NCBI RefSeq assembly: GCF_001194135.2
Contig: NC_068982.1
Location: 49,421,286-49,485,285 of the forward strand
DNA length: 64,000 nucleotides
Direction of reading: 5' to 3'
From: Octopus bimaculoides
Lineage: Eukaryota
The position numbers and the translations under genes were made by a program. Under the pieces are notes generated by a model that was not told the DNA's origin, did not search any database, and saw only the letters and a list, made by a program, of their open reading frames with translations. Shown piece by piece: positions 12,508 through 24,899 of the stretch (positions within the stretch are counted from its first letter, which is position 1; every line of letters starts with the position of its first letter).

Positions 12508-12813
12508 CACTGTTGATAGGCTAGTTACTGCAGTATTTCTATAAGATAACATCTTATAGATGTGATGTGTTAAAAACACAATAAATATCAAAGGGAGATG
12601 AAAAAGTGTCCCAGCAGTAGCTAGTGAGAATGTTGCATGCAGCTGGTTGTGAGTATACACCTCTGAAAAGGTCTAGAAAAGTTGAAATATATCTGGCATT
12701 CTCACTGCTGGGTGGTTTTTCATCTTCTTTCAATATTTGAGTTTTCAACGCAGCACATTCATAACAGATGTTATCTTAGGACAAATACTGTAGCAAGTGG
12801 CCTATCAACAGTG
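12508..12813. mobile_element. Tc1/mariner-type MITE
   Basis: TA|CACTGTTGATAGG..AAGATAACATCT ... AGATGTTATCTT..CCTATCAACAGTG|TA: ~45-bp imperfect TIRs and a TA duplication. Confidence 0.8.
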
Positions 12814-14629
12814 TATATACACTAAGTATAATACATAGATGGCTATCTTAATTAAATACACCATCAACTGCATAGGTTAAAAATTTCAAAAAGTTTATCT
12901 TTTTTCTGAATAATATGTACAAAGCAATACAGACTGCTAAAAATTCAATTAATAATTTCTAAATATTGTTTTCAAATTTTGGTACAAGGCCAACCCAAGA
13001 AGGGTGAAAGCAAAGTTGACCTCAACAGAATTTGAACTCAGAACATAAAGACAGACAAAATGCTGCTAGGCATTTGGCCTGACATATTAACGATTCTGTC
13101 AGATCACTGCCTTATAAATTCTAAATATTAGTTATGTATTACGAAATGTGATAAACTGATGGTGAACTGCAGTAATCATTTATGCAGCATCAATATCATC
13201 TATACGAACTAAATGTTCAAAACAGTGGAATCAGCTCTTTTGAGTTGCTACATGAATCACTGTCTCTATATACATTCTCAGTTAACATGTATTCACTATC
13301 TTACAAGTTCATGTTCCTCATTCATGCAACAGATTATATTTATCTCCTGCTTGTCCAGCAATATCTGTTTTTCCAACATTATTGCTTATGTTTGACGACC
13401 ATGTAACATGTCATTGCTATTTTTCTTGTTTTTTTTTTTTTCTACAATGCATCCAAAGTTTTTCACGGTGAGAGCAGTTCATTTGTTTATTTGCCGTTAT
13501 CAAATTTTGTTCACAGCACTATATTATTGTCTATCTTTCCTCAACATTAAATATGGTTCCTAAGTGACAGTTCATACATTATCTTTCCAGAGAAATTTTA
13601 TTTTCTTCTTGCTTTGGTTGCTCACACTCTTTGTTTCACTCATGCATATGGCATTTTTAAAATATTGATTTCCTATGTCTACCTCTGGTACCAATATACT
13701 CTTTATTTCCCTGCCATTTGGACAGCTCGCTAATATCAAATGAGTTTTCTTTTTATCCTTTTCATAAATAATAAACATGTCTACTCCTCAGATTATGTTA
13801 TATTTTAAATATCTTAGTTTTAGTTGTTTACTTTCAGTTCCCTAAATTTAACTCATTTCAGACAACCAATTTGAAATTGTCTCTAGTTTTATGATACAAT
13901 ACTTCCTATTTGAAAGTGTTCATAGATGCAGGCATGATTGTGTGGTAAGAAGTTTGCTTCTCAACCATATGGTTCTGGGCTCAATCCCACTTCTTGGCAC
14001 CTTGGACAAATGTCTTCTACTATAACCTTGAGCTGACCAAAGCCCTCTGAGTGGATATGGTAGACAGAAATTGAAAGAAGTCTATCGTGTGTGTGTGTGT
14101 ATGTGTGTATGTGTGTGTGTGTGTGTGTGTGTAGTAAAGAAATTTGTTGAAGAGATTTTCCCCACTTGGTGAGTTGTAGTGAAAAAGTAAATAATAAAAG
14201 AAAGAAAATACTCATAATTTATATAGATAGATAGAATATTATATCTAAGGGCATCATAGATAAAGGATAGAATATTATGATAGTCTACCAGTTTCACAAA
14301 TCATAACATTCAAAGTGGTGAAAATATTCGAATTTTGTATTATCTTAAGGAGTTTTTAGCCCATGCTGTTTGTATGTGAGTTTGTTTGTAAATGAACCAG
14401 CATGTAGAAAAATGTAAGGGGGAGGTGATTGTTATTGAGACAGGGAAGGTAATTGCACTTTTCTGGTAAGGTACAGCTTTTGAGAGGGTAAATTTATAGT
14501 ATTTATATTACAAAGGTATAAACTCATGAGTTAAAGTAGTGAAATAAAATATGTACAAAGTTGGTTATGCATTCATGAATTAAAATACTTACAAAATCCC
14601 AAATTGGTTTTGCATTCATATTCAGGCAT

Positions 14630-16450
14630 GGTTTGTATTTTTCAATAAATATATCTTCTTTCTTTAATCATTCTTCTATAGAGATTGTTTCCTTGCACTG
14701 GTAGACAAGGAAAACCATGAAGTTTGATTGGAGAATCCCCACATATCTCTGTATGTGTTCACTCAATGGTTTCGGCCCATACCTTGAGAAACAGATCTGT
14801 TCTTTTGAATTGTAGTTCTCTGTCTAAGTAACTTTTATAGTTTGGCCTATATAGTTGTGTCCACATCATGAAAAAGTTATCACATAAATTAAATTTTCAG
14901 ATGTACAAGTAAAATTGATCTTAACTGTGAATTTCTGTCCTTGTTTGATGTGAAATTCCAAACTTTCCAGTAGGTTGGGGCATGTTCCACAATTTGGATG
15001 TCTGCATTTTTTAACTATTGGTTTTGTTGTTGGCGGATATAGCTTCACTTTTGTCAGTGGTCTTTTTTAGTGATTTGGGTTGTTTGATGAATTTCTGTGT
15101 TTGTAGAATGTTGTTTATCTTTGGATCCTTTCACTAAATTAAAAGGAATATGCCTTTTGATGTGCTTTGGGTGGCATGAACTAAACAGAAGATATTGCTT
15201 CAAGTCCATTGGTTTATAATAGATATTGGTTTCAATCTCATTTCTTTTATTCTTTTACACATTTCAGTCATTTGACTGCAGCTATGCTGGAACACCACCT
15301 TAAATTGTTTGTTTTTTTTTAATCAAAATATCAAGGAATAGGAGTTGCTCTTTGCTGTATACCATTTTAAGCTGAATACTTGGATTTATACTATTTAGAA
15401 CTGATTTAAATTCAAGAAGTTTATCAGTGGTCTTATTCCAAATGATAAAGTAGTCATCCAGGTATCTTTTCCAGTTCTCTCTTATATGATAGTAGAATGG
15501 GTATCCATATTTTTGTAGTAATACTTCATATATGGTTAATTCTAAATATCCCATTCTTAGGACTGCTTTTGTTCCCATTGCAATTCCATATTTTTGTCAG
15601 TAGTGGATGTCATCAAATAGAAAGTAATTGTTTTGGAGGATAAATTTTAAAGCTTCAATAATAAATTCCTGGTTTGTGCACTCTGAAAGTTCTTCAGAAT
15701 AGTTTTCCAGCCAGAATTTGATTGCTTCTATTCCATAGTAGTGTTGAATATTGGTGTATAGATTTACAACAATTTACAACAGGAAATCATGATGGTCTAT
15801 TCATTAATTGTTTTAAGTAGGTGGTTTAGCATATTTAAATCAAATGTAATGAAACTTATGATATATTTCAAAAGAGGTTTCTAGAATGCTGCTTAGATGG
15901 TGGATTTCATTTGCCAGGCCTGCAATAATGGGTCTGAACTTTAAATCTTCAGGTGCTTGGATATTGACGTATATGCCTGGTGATTGTCTGCAGGCTTCAT
16001 TAATTACCTGGCTTTTGTGTATTTTAGGTAGGATGTAGAAAGGACTAGGTTTACATTTAAAATTTGTGATATAATCTATTTCTTTTTCTGTCAGACCTTT
16101 TCCATGTAGATGAATTAAGGGTGCAAGATTTTTCATTGTTTATAGTTTTGAAAATTTTCATAGAAGGTAGCGTTTTCTAACATGGGCAATAAAAGGTTTT
16201 TGTTGTATTCTGCTTTCATCAGAACTACAGCACTTCCTTTGACTTCTTTGATTGTCAGTTCTTTGTTGTTTTGCACTTCAATTAGATTTTACTATTCTAT
16301 ATTGTTGAGGTTTGAGTTAATTCTTTGCTTGTGTAAAGCATTCAGGAAATTGTGGACATGGTTGCATAGTCAATTAGAGTTTTATTCCTACTTTTAAATG
16401 GAAGATAACTGCTTTTGTTTTTGACCAGTGATTCATCTTCATTGTTGTAG
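14630..16450 (-). mobile_element. Penelope-like element 1 (RT and C-terminal GIY-YIG), pseudogenised
   Basis: KFRPIIAG, GIAMGTK, WKRYLDDYFIIW and FLDILIK RT motifs; CRHPNCGTC..TCTSENLIYVI..YIGQT endonuclease; frameshifts; SINE tail inserted at about 15245-15300. Confidence 0.9.
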
Positions 16451-16479
16451 TTAATTAAGAAATTCACTCTACCCATCTA

Positions 16480-17955
16480 TAGACATAGATTTAGCTGTAG
16501 AGAAATGCATTGAGATAATCTGTGAGAATGAAGTAGAGTTCTGTGAAGTCAACACGAGGGAACTGGGCCTCCTCCTTAGACTAAGCTATGACAGTGACTA
16601 TTTAAATGACCATGACCTCAGTAGATTCTGCCCCACTGGGTCAGAGAGGGGAAGACCACCCACCATCACCTCAGCAGTGAAGAAAAGCTATACCCATCCA
16701 AGACCCCAAGAACAACAATCAGGTGAAAGGAATGATTGTACATGCAATAGGGGCTAGCATAAGAACCACCTGGAAGAACCACATAGTAAAGTTTAACATG
16801 AAACTATACATGCAGGTTCAAAGTGCAGCCATTGGTGTCATTGTAGCTAGAGATGTGGCCAGCCTCTTCCTGACCTGGTGGGACAGAAAACTTAAGCAAT
16901 CCTTAGAAGAACAGTCCACAACTCTTCTACTTTACAGTAGGTATGTAAACGACATTAATATCCTAGTTAAGACCAACTCTAGTAAAGAAAATGTAGAATC
17001 TGTGAGGAACATAATGGAGAGCATCCAACAAGTTGCTAACTCCATCCACCAAAGTATCAAGGTAACTATAGATTACCCAACTAGGCACCCCAACAATAGA
17101 CTTCTCGTCCTTGATACTGCACTTTGGTTAGAGACTGTGAACAACAGAGTGCAGCTTCTCCATTCCTATTACATGAAACTCATAGCTTCAAAATATGTTG
17201 TTCACAAGAACTCAGCTTTGTCACACAACATGAAAATTAACATACTGATAGCAGACTTAGTTAGGATAATGAACAACATGTCCCCACTATGCAAAACCTA
17301 TGAAACAAAGAAACATGTACAGAACTTCATGCACTACATGCAATTCTCTGGATATGATTAGAAAGATAGTGTTCGAGTACGCAGGGGTGCTAGAAAGAAG
17401 TTAGATAGCATTATATGTAATGAAACTAGTGGTACCTGCCCTAGATATAGAAGCAAAGACTGGAATAGGATACAAAGAGCTTGTGACAAAGCAAACAGGG
17501 TGAACACGAGGTATAAAACTGACAAATATCAAGGAGTGATGTTTGTAGACGTCACAGTCCATGGAGAAACTAACCCATAGATTTAGGAAAGCTCTAAAGG
17601 AGACCAAACTCAACATTAAGATTGTTGAAAAGCCAGGGAACTCTATCAGATCACAACTATGTAGCACATACCCCTTTGAGAATACCATATGCACCAATGA
17701 TAACTGCATGGTATCTAGGATTAGCTCTGGCATTAACTGTAGAAATAGAAATGTAATCTACAACATAAGATGCATAGTAAGTGCTTGTAAAGACATGAAC
17801 ATGACATACATAGGGAATACATCTAGGAGCATTACAGAAAGATGACTAAATGAACATTTGAGTCAATATAACGACGAAAAGCAGTCCTCCATACTCTACC
17901 AACATGCCAAGGACCAACACGGAGGCAACCTGGGTCAACTTGACATCTGCATTTT
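16480..17955 (+). mobile_element. Penelope-like element 2 (RT and C-terminal GIY-YIG), different lineage, pseudogenised
   Basis: QVQSAAIGV..FLTWWDR, YSRYVNDIN, IKVTIDYP..LLVLD, and CRNRNVIYNIRC..YIGNTSRSITER; stops present. Confidence 0.88.
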
Positions 17956-17957
17956 AT

Positions 17958-18277
17958 CTAAAATGAGACAATAGCAAGGATTAACCATGAATTAATGAAT
18001 AAGATTCCAACAGTCATTAAGAAGTACAAATCAGTTGATTCAGTCCTTGATGAAAATAAAGCTGTCCATTACCCAACAGAGTTCCTTAATTCTCTTGAAC
18101 CACCTGGAATTCCTCCACATAAACTTTTTCTGAAGGTAGGAGTCCCAATAATGCTTTTTAAGGAATTTAGATCCTCCTAAATTATGCATTGGGACAGGGT
18201 TGATTGGGAAGACATTACCACCTAATGTGACAGAAGCTACCATCATCACTGGATGTGCCACTGGGGAAGAGGTTTTC
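17958..18277 (+). mobile_element. Helitron PIF1-helicase fragment
   Basis: YKSVDSV..HYPTEFLNSLEPPGIPPHKLFLKVGVPIML then, after frameshifts, EATIITGCATGEEVF; matches the Helitron helicase C-terminal consensus; runs into an N-gap. Confidence 0.85.
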
Positions 18278-18733
18278 NNNNNNNNNNNNNNNNNNNNNNN
18301 NNNNNNNNNNNNNNNNNNNNNNNNNNNNNNNNNNNNNNNNNNNNNNNNNNNNNNNNNNNNNNNNNNNNNNNNNNNNNNNNNNNNNNNNNNNNNNNNNNNN
18401 NNNNNNNNNNNNNNNNNNNNNNNNNNNNNNNNNNNNNNNNNNNNNNNNNNNNNNNNNNNNNNNNNNNNNNNNNNNNNNNNNNNNNNNNNNNNNNNNNNNN
18501 NNNNNNNNNNNNNNNNNNNNNNNNNNNNNNNNNNNNNNNNNNNNNNNNNNNNNNNNNNNNNNNNNNNNNNNNNNNNNNNNNNNNNNNNNNNNNNNNNNNN
18601 NNNNNNNNNNNNNNNNNNNNNNNNNNNNNNNNNNNNNNNNNNNNNNNNNNNNNNNNNNNNNNNNNNNNNNNNNNNNNNNNNNNNNNNNNNNNNNNNNNNN
18701 NNNNNNNNNNNNNNNNNNNATATATATATATAT

Positions 18734-18985
18734 ATACTCAATACAAGGGCAAACAATTCATGAGAAAAAATAACTCCCGAAAAATTAATTTGCTAAGATA
18801 TTATTAATTTTGTTATTACCTGGTATGACTATCTCAAAAAATGATAATAATAGAATCAATAATATTATTGATTCTGTTATTATAATTTTTTGACCAGATA
18901 ATAACAAAATTAATAATATCTTAGCAAATTAATTTTTCGGGAACTATTTTTTCTCGTAAATTGTTTGCCTTTGTATCAAGAGTAT
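18734..18985. repeat. ~250-bp imperfect palindrome (foldback element)
   Basis: Arms ATACTC..ATACAAGGGCAAACAATT.. and ..AATTGTTTGCCTTTGTAT..GAGTAT; centre AGAATCAATAAT|ATTATTGATTCT at 18863/18864. Confidence 0.9.
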
Positions 18986-18993
18986 TTCCTCAC

Positions 18994-19085
18994 TGGTGGC
19001 TGTAATTGATTTTGCCACAAAATGAATCAGTTGCAACACAGACTTCAATACAGCAGGTTGGGGGTCTCTATCCTGGTAACGCGTA
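18994..19085 (-). CDS. Candidate exon (TRYQDRDPQPAVLKSVLQLIHFVAKSITAT), HEAT/ARM-like character
   Basis: Acceptor CTTCTTCAG (alternative TTACCAG at 19072), donor CCA|GTGAGG; amphipathic helix preceded by DPQP. Confidence 0.35.
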
Positions 19086-20772
19086 CTGAAGAAGCTAAGG
19101 TGATTTTTTTTGCCAGTGCAGAAACCAGTCCACATGAGTTCAAATGCTTAAATTTACGTTAAGTGATTTTATTAACCTGATCTGCTTTCGATTGATTTCT
19201 GTAGTTACCATCAGTGTATTTTTGGTGATTTAAATAAGAGTTTTGATTGTTATTTCCAGCAGGTAGACATACTTAGTATGTCCTTTGATTAATTTTAATC
19301 CTTCAGCTATATATATATATATATCTCAGCATTGCCCGGGTGTTATGACATTATTTGTTCCTTTCTTATGGGCAGAATCAGCACAGTTGATATATAGTGA
19401 ACTGGATTACTGGTATAATGGAAGTTATTGCTTGTTTAAAAGTGAAGAGGGGGAGGGTACAATTTGCATGGGTTTGCATGAAAGTGATTTCTGTTCTTAA
19501 GAAGGATCACAAACTATGTATTGTTTCATCTTATAAATGGCACATTTTCAAAATTTTAGTTTTCCCCCTGTCCTCAATGCAATTTCTTAATTTGTAACTT
19601 TTTTATTAATTTTTTTTTTTTTTCATCCATGCAGAAAAATACAGAGATTACGAATCTGGGAAATATATATTTTTTTAAAGTTTAATTTTTCTTAAAGAAA
19701 CACTAAATGCCTCTTCCCCCACCTCACACATCCATCACCTACCCACTTTCAAAAAGCTAAAAACACCTAATGTTTCACTCTTGTCTGATATTTCACACAT
19801 GCATAGAATTGTACTGAAATAGCAGATGTAAAATATTATTAGAGCACCACCAGAAAACCCCACATGCTAGAAACAACAAGTAAACAACGTTATTTCTGAA
19901 GAAACTTCCCCACTTTCTAAAAAGCAAATAGTGAAGCATTGGGAGTTTGTATATATATATACATACATTCACACATACAAACATATGTATATGTATGTAT
20001 ATTAATATGTATCAAACCCAAGCATGTTTATCTGCATCACTATAGTTTTATATAAGTGCATGTGTGTGTATATATCATACAATGACCATCTACACACTTT
20101 CTGTCTTTCACATTCCCTCACATAGCAGCCAAGAGCTATAGTAGAAGACACTTGCCAAGTTGCAATAAAGTAGGACTGAACCTGAACCGTGCCATTGCAA
20201 GTGTACTTCTTAACCACACTGCCATACCTGCACCTGTGTTTGTTTACACTGCATTTCAATCAGTTTTTATTCTTGCAAATGTACAATGGTCTCTTAGCTT
20301 AGGAATTAAAGTTTCTAGTTTTAATCCAGGTTGAGTCAAGTATATACATGTATATATTCAGGAATGAAACACCTCATGATGATTTGAAAATTGGATTGAT
20401 CAATAATAATGTGGGGTATATAAATATTATAAGTATATAAATCTGAAGATGAAGTTAGTAAGTTCAGAAAAAATATCATCTTATTAACAACAACAGTTCA
20501 TCTCATATTTAGATATCTTATGTTGAGTCATCACAACACACAATTTTCATGCTGTTTATTACCTCTAGAACATTGCATCATGAAACCTACATCAACTCAC
20601 ACTCTATCTCCCTCTCTCTTATAATCCATTCTTTATCTTTGTTTTTGATTATAAAATACAGTATCTTCCTAAGTAAAAAAAAAAAAAGAGAGGGGAAAAA
20701 AACACATTTTCCTGTATCTTAATATTATTGTTAAGTGCCATGCATCACCATGCCAATGACTGGCTGACTCAC

Positions 20773-20838
20773 AGATTTTATAATCAGTGTTTTCCTATCC
20801 TCTTTCCTTTTAACTTTCCTATTATGTAAAGGTGTCAT
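20773..20838 (-). CDS. Candidate 66-nt exon (MTPLHNRKVKRKEDRKTLIIKS)
   Basis: Acceptor TTTGCTCAG, donor TCT|GTGAGT; only the phase 0-0 frame is open. Confidence 0.3.
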
Positions 20839-21297
20839 CTGAGCAAATGTCCAGTGAATATTAGATAATATTTTTTTTATTTTATGGGCTGCATGAGAAG
20901 TGCAGATAAGCAAATGCTATTCTAATACAACAGTGTTACAAATATCTTAGCATGGCTTTAGTGAATAAGAAGAGATATACCAAGAAAAGCTGAATATGGT
21001 TAATTTTATCACAGCAGGAATAAATCATATTTTCTGTTTCTCATTTCTTTTAACACGTTCACTATCACATCTTTTATTGGAACTTACCACCACATATTTT
21101 GTGCACTATTGCTTTCAGTGTAGTGACAGAGGTGAGTGTATGCTCAAAATATCTCATAGTTAAACTTTAATATTTGGCACTCATAGTGGTGAACTGACAG
21201 AATCACTGGGCTTCGTGGTATTTTGTCTATCTTTACTTTCTGAGTTCAAATTCCACTGACGTTGGCTTTGCCTTTCATCCTTTTGAAGCTGATAAGT

Positions 21298-22012
21298 GGC
21301 ATTCTGATAATTCTGAGCATGACAATTCAGTGCTGACAATTCCATGTGTGACAATTCAACACAAAGACAATTCAGTGCAAGAAAAATTCAGTACAAGGAC
21401 AATTCTCTTAGATCATTCTTCTCAGGACATCATTAAATGCACCAGCCCTCTCATGGATATTTGAAAGCATTTGCTTCGTAGCTAATACTGCTGGCTGTGG
21501 TACATGACTATGCTCCATAACATTTTCCCATAAACTTTGATTAACATGGATACAACCTTTGCATTTGTGTTCAGTACAGCCAAGACTCTTTTCCATTTCA
21601 AAGTTTGCAATCTGAAAGATAGCAAAATCCATTTGATAAAATGTGCTCATGCCCGTTTTCTGATAAAATTCACTCCATAAGGCTTGTTTTTTAATTTTTA
21701 AATTAGTAACTGTTTGTAACCAACAGGAATCCTAAAAACGAAAAAAAACCTGTCCTAGGTTTACAAAATAACAGTAATGGAAATAATGGTTTTTGGACTA
21801 TTAACAATAGAAAACGCTACCATTTATTCAATGGTTGTTAGTGTTAACAATCTAAAACATTGCCACTTTTTCATGAAGTTGAAAAGTTAAAAAATTTTGA
21901 AAAAAAAATTAATGAAATTAAATTTCATATACACATAAACACAATGCATGGAAATGCCTTTGAGTTGAATCGTCAATGCTGAATTGTCATATGCGGAATT
22001 GTCAGTTCATGA
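21298..22012 (-). mobile_element. MULE/Mutator-like non-autonomous element inserted in a SINE
   Basis: Termini built of repeated GACAATTC and GAATTGTC motifs in inverted orientation; decayed transposase-like C-terminal peptide at 21408-21650; SINE A halves on both sides. Confidence 0.6.
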
Positions 22013-22370
22013 AAATAAGTGCAAGTCAAGCACTGGGATTGATGCAATCAACTTACGCCTCCCCAAGATTGCTGGCCTTGTGTCCAAATTTTAAACCAAT
22101 ATTTAGCACCGATGTTATCTAAATATCATCGAAACCATGTCAAAGATACCAAATAAAATGTTTTCTCAAATAATGACATACATATCTATGTATGTCATTA
22201 TTCAGTTTTATTTTAAGATTTCTTGCCAATAGAGAAAGAGCTGGTTTCTAACATAGATCCAAGGTTCCTTCGTTGGAATTTCAACAACATCAGTAGGGTA
22301 TTTTTGCTTGTATGTATGTATACATGCAGATTTGTATGTTTTGTTTTATGTATGTATTCTCATGCATATA

Positions 22371-23626
22371 TTGGGTTGGCAACTAAGTTCCCACCGTTTT
22401 TTTTTATTTAAATTTTTTAAAAGGTCTAATAAAAAATAACTAATTAATCAATAATGTATTCACCCTTGTTGTTTACAACATCTTCCCAATGTTCAACAAG
22501 ATTTTCAATATCTCATTGGTAGAAATCACCCAATTTCAACTTGAAAAATTGATCCAACCAAGCTCTCAATTCTGCATCAGTACTGAATGAAACTCTGCAC
22601 ATAGCATTTGAAAGAGATTGAAAAAAGTGGAAACCCGTTGGTGCCAAATCAGGAGAGTACGGCGGGTGTGGCAGCACTTCCCAGCCATGCGTTTGAATGG
22701 CTTCCTTGGTCATATTGGTGATATGAAGGTGGGCATTGTCATGCAGCAAAATAACACTATCTCTTGAATAGCCATGTTGAGTGGTTCCATTTGTTGAACA
22801 TGGAGTTCTGCATTGATGGTTTGGTTCTGTTCAAGCAATTCATAATGGATAATCGCTTCACAGTTCCACCATACACACAACATCGTTTTACACAGATGAA
22901 GATTTTGTTTCACACAAGTTGTCACTTGTTTCCTGGGGCTAAGCCATTCCTTACGTTGCTAGGCACCATTTTTCTCTGCCAGTAACGATTCGGTAAAGAA
23001 ATCGTTGCTTGTGTCCATGAGTTGGGTGGTGATGAGCAAGCAGGCCAGTGGAGATTGTGGCTCGTTGATTTTTGTTGTCACTTAAAGCATGCAGAAACCA
23101 TACTCCATACTTCTGAACCTTTCCCATCGAGTGAAGATGCTTCTCTATAGCAGTGTGGGAGCATTCCATTTTCTCTGCCAGTTCCCTTATCGTTTGACGA
23201 GAATTTTCGTGCAAAAGTTGGTTTAATTGCTCATCATTGAACTCAACTGGATGGCCAGAACGAGGTGCATGTTTGAGGTCAAAATTTCCATTTTTGAACT
23301 TGGCATACCAATCACGAGCAGTTCTTTCAGCTATGGCACCCTCTCCATACACAGCACAAATGTTGTGAGCAGCTTTTATGGCCTTAGAACCTTGATTAAA
23401 AGCAAAAAGAAGGAGGTGTTGAAAATGCTCATTTTTCTTAACTTGACATTCCATTTTAATTATCTGAAAATAAACAAAAATTAACTAAAATTAACTTCAA
23501 AAGAAAAACAAAATAAATTAAAAAATGATTCAAAAATAGAATTCTCAAACAAATAGATTCCAAAATTTAAAAACGCAATAAATTCCAAAATTTAAAGAAA
23601 CATCGGGAAATTAGTTGCCAATCCAA
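22371..23626 (-). mobile_element. Full-length mariner (D,D34D), transposase pseudogene
   Basis: TIRs TTGGGTTGGCAACTAAGTTCCC and GGGAAATTAGTTGCCAATCCAA with TA duplications; HTH N-terminus, WVPHEL-like WFLHAL, LHDNA and HPPYSPDLAP; frameshifts. Confidence 0.95.
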
Positions 23627-23628
23627 TA

Positions 23629-24400
23629 GTTGCGTATCTAGACATGCTCATATATACTTAAATGATAAACTTCTGGAAAGTTATACAGATTTTTACAAGT
23701 CCATTTATGGTTTGAATCTGTAGTCTTCAAATAAGCTTTCTCCTTTCTGGTTTTGAGAAGCCTAATTTCTCACAATTGGTATTTCGGCAGTGTGTTACAT
23801 ATCCCCATAATTACAAGTGTGTACCCCAATAATTACAAGTATAAACCTGAACTTGTAATCTAGATAGAGCAACTGCAGATTTCTCAATAGTTCAGTGTAA
23901 CTATTCTCTTTTTCACTGATCTTCAGCTTTATGTTAACATCCACTTGGCAGCTGATTTCCACAACTGTACAGTTTCTCTTCTCTATCCCAAATGACTATG
24001 TCAGGTCAATCACTTTTACATTTTATTGAGGTCTTCTCCAGGGCGTTCCAGCAGTACTCCTTTTTATTATGAGAGGCTATGGCTTCTACCATACTGTGGG
24101 GTCTTATCTCTTTGTCTTCGGGGTTATCCTTCTGACAGATTTCATTATATGGTGTCCTAGCTACATCATGCCTCATCAGTAGATAATACCATGATGACAT
24201 TTTTGGACAACTGCATCAGTTGTCATTTTTTACTGCTTTCCCTGCATCTCTGTCCCTTTAGTGCATCAAGTATTTGGTTAGTATTTTCTGTTCCTGTATT
24301 GCAAACACATGCCCTTCAAAGTGGGAGGTAGTAATCTGGTTGGTGGTCCATGATAAACTGATTTGATGACCAATGTTTCTATCATCTTGGAGCTTTCTAT
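23629..24400 (-). mobile_element. RLE-type (R4/Dong-like) non-LTR retrotransposon 3' fragment
   Basis: FAIQEQ..LMRHDV, then PDIVIWDREEK..VVEISC restriction-like endonuclease motif, then 3' UTR running into the mariner. Confidence 0.75.
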
Positions 24401-24899
24401 TAACATATCCATACATGTGTATGTACGTATGTGCACACACTTGCATGCATATGTGTGTTTGTGCCTCATTGTATCATAGTTGTAAACAAATGTCATTGTC
24501 ATAAACATAGTGTTATTCAATTCCAATTTTCCATGCAAACATATTTTGTCATGGGGGAATATTATTTTGTTTAGAAACAACTGAGGTTTGACAATAAGAA
24601 GGGCATCCAGCTATAGAAAATTTGCCTCTACAAATTCTGTCTGACCTATGCAAGGTTCAAAAATTAGGTGTTAAAATGATGATATGATGTAATATGAATT
24701 GAAAATTAATCACAGTTCTATAATATAACATAATTACTAAACAAGCTCAGTTTTGTGGTTGAGAGAGTGCTGGTATGACTGTAATTGAGATGTTTTTTTT
24801 TGTAGTCATGTAGTTCCATGTTTGATCATAGGCATCAGAACTTTGGACAAATGCATTCTACTGTAACCATTCATTGTTTTAAGATGATCGTGTTTAATA

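Noticed and set aside
14282-14312. Hammerhead remnant downstream of PLE1 (minus strand TATGA..GAAAC TG GTA GAC)
   Set aside because: Core and stem II are too degraded to support a call.
17840-17850. In-frame TGA in the PLE2 GIY-YIG region as possible selenocysteine
   Set aside because: The element has other stops and frameshifts, the position is not a Cys site and no SECIS was seen; ordinary decay is simpler.
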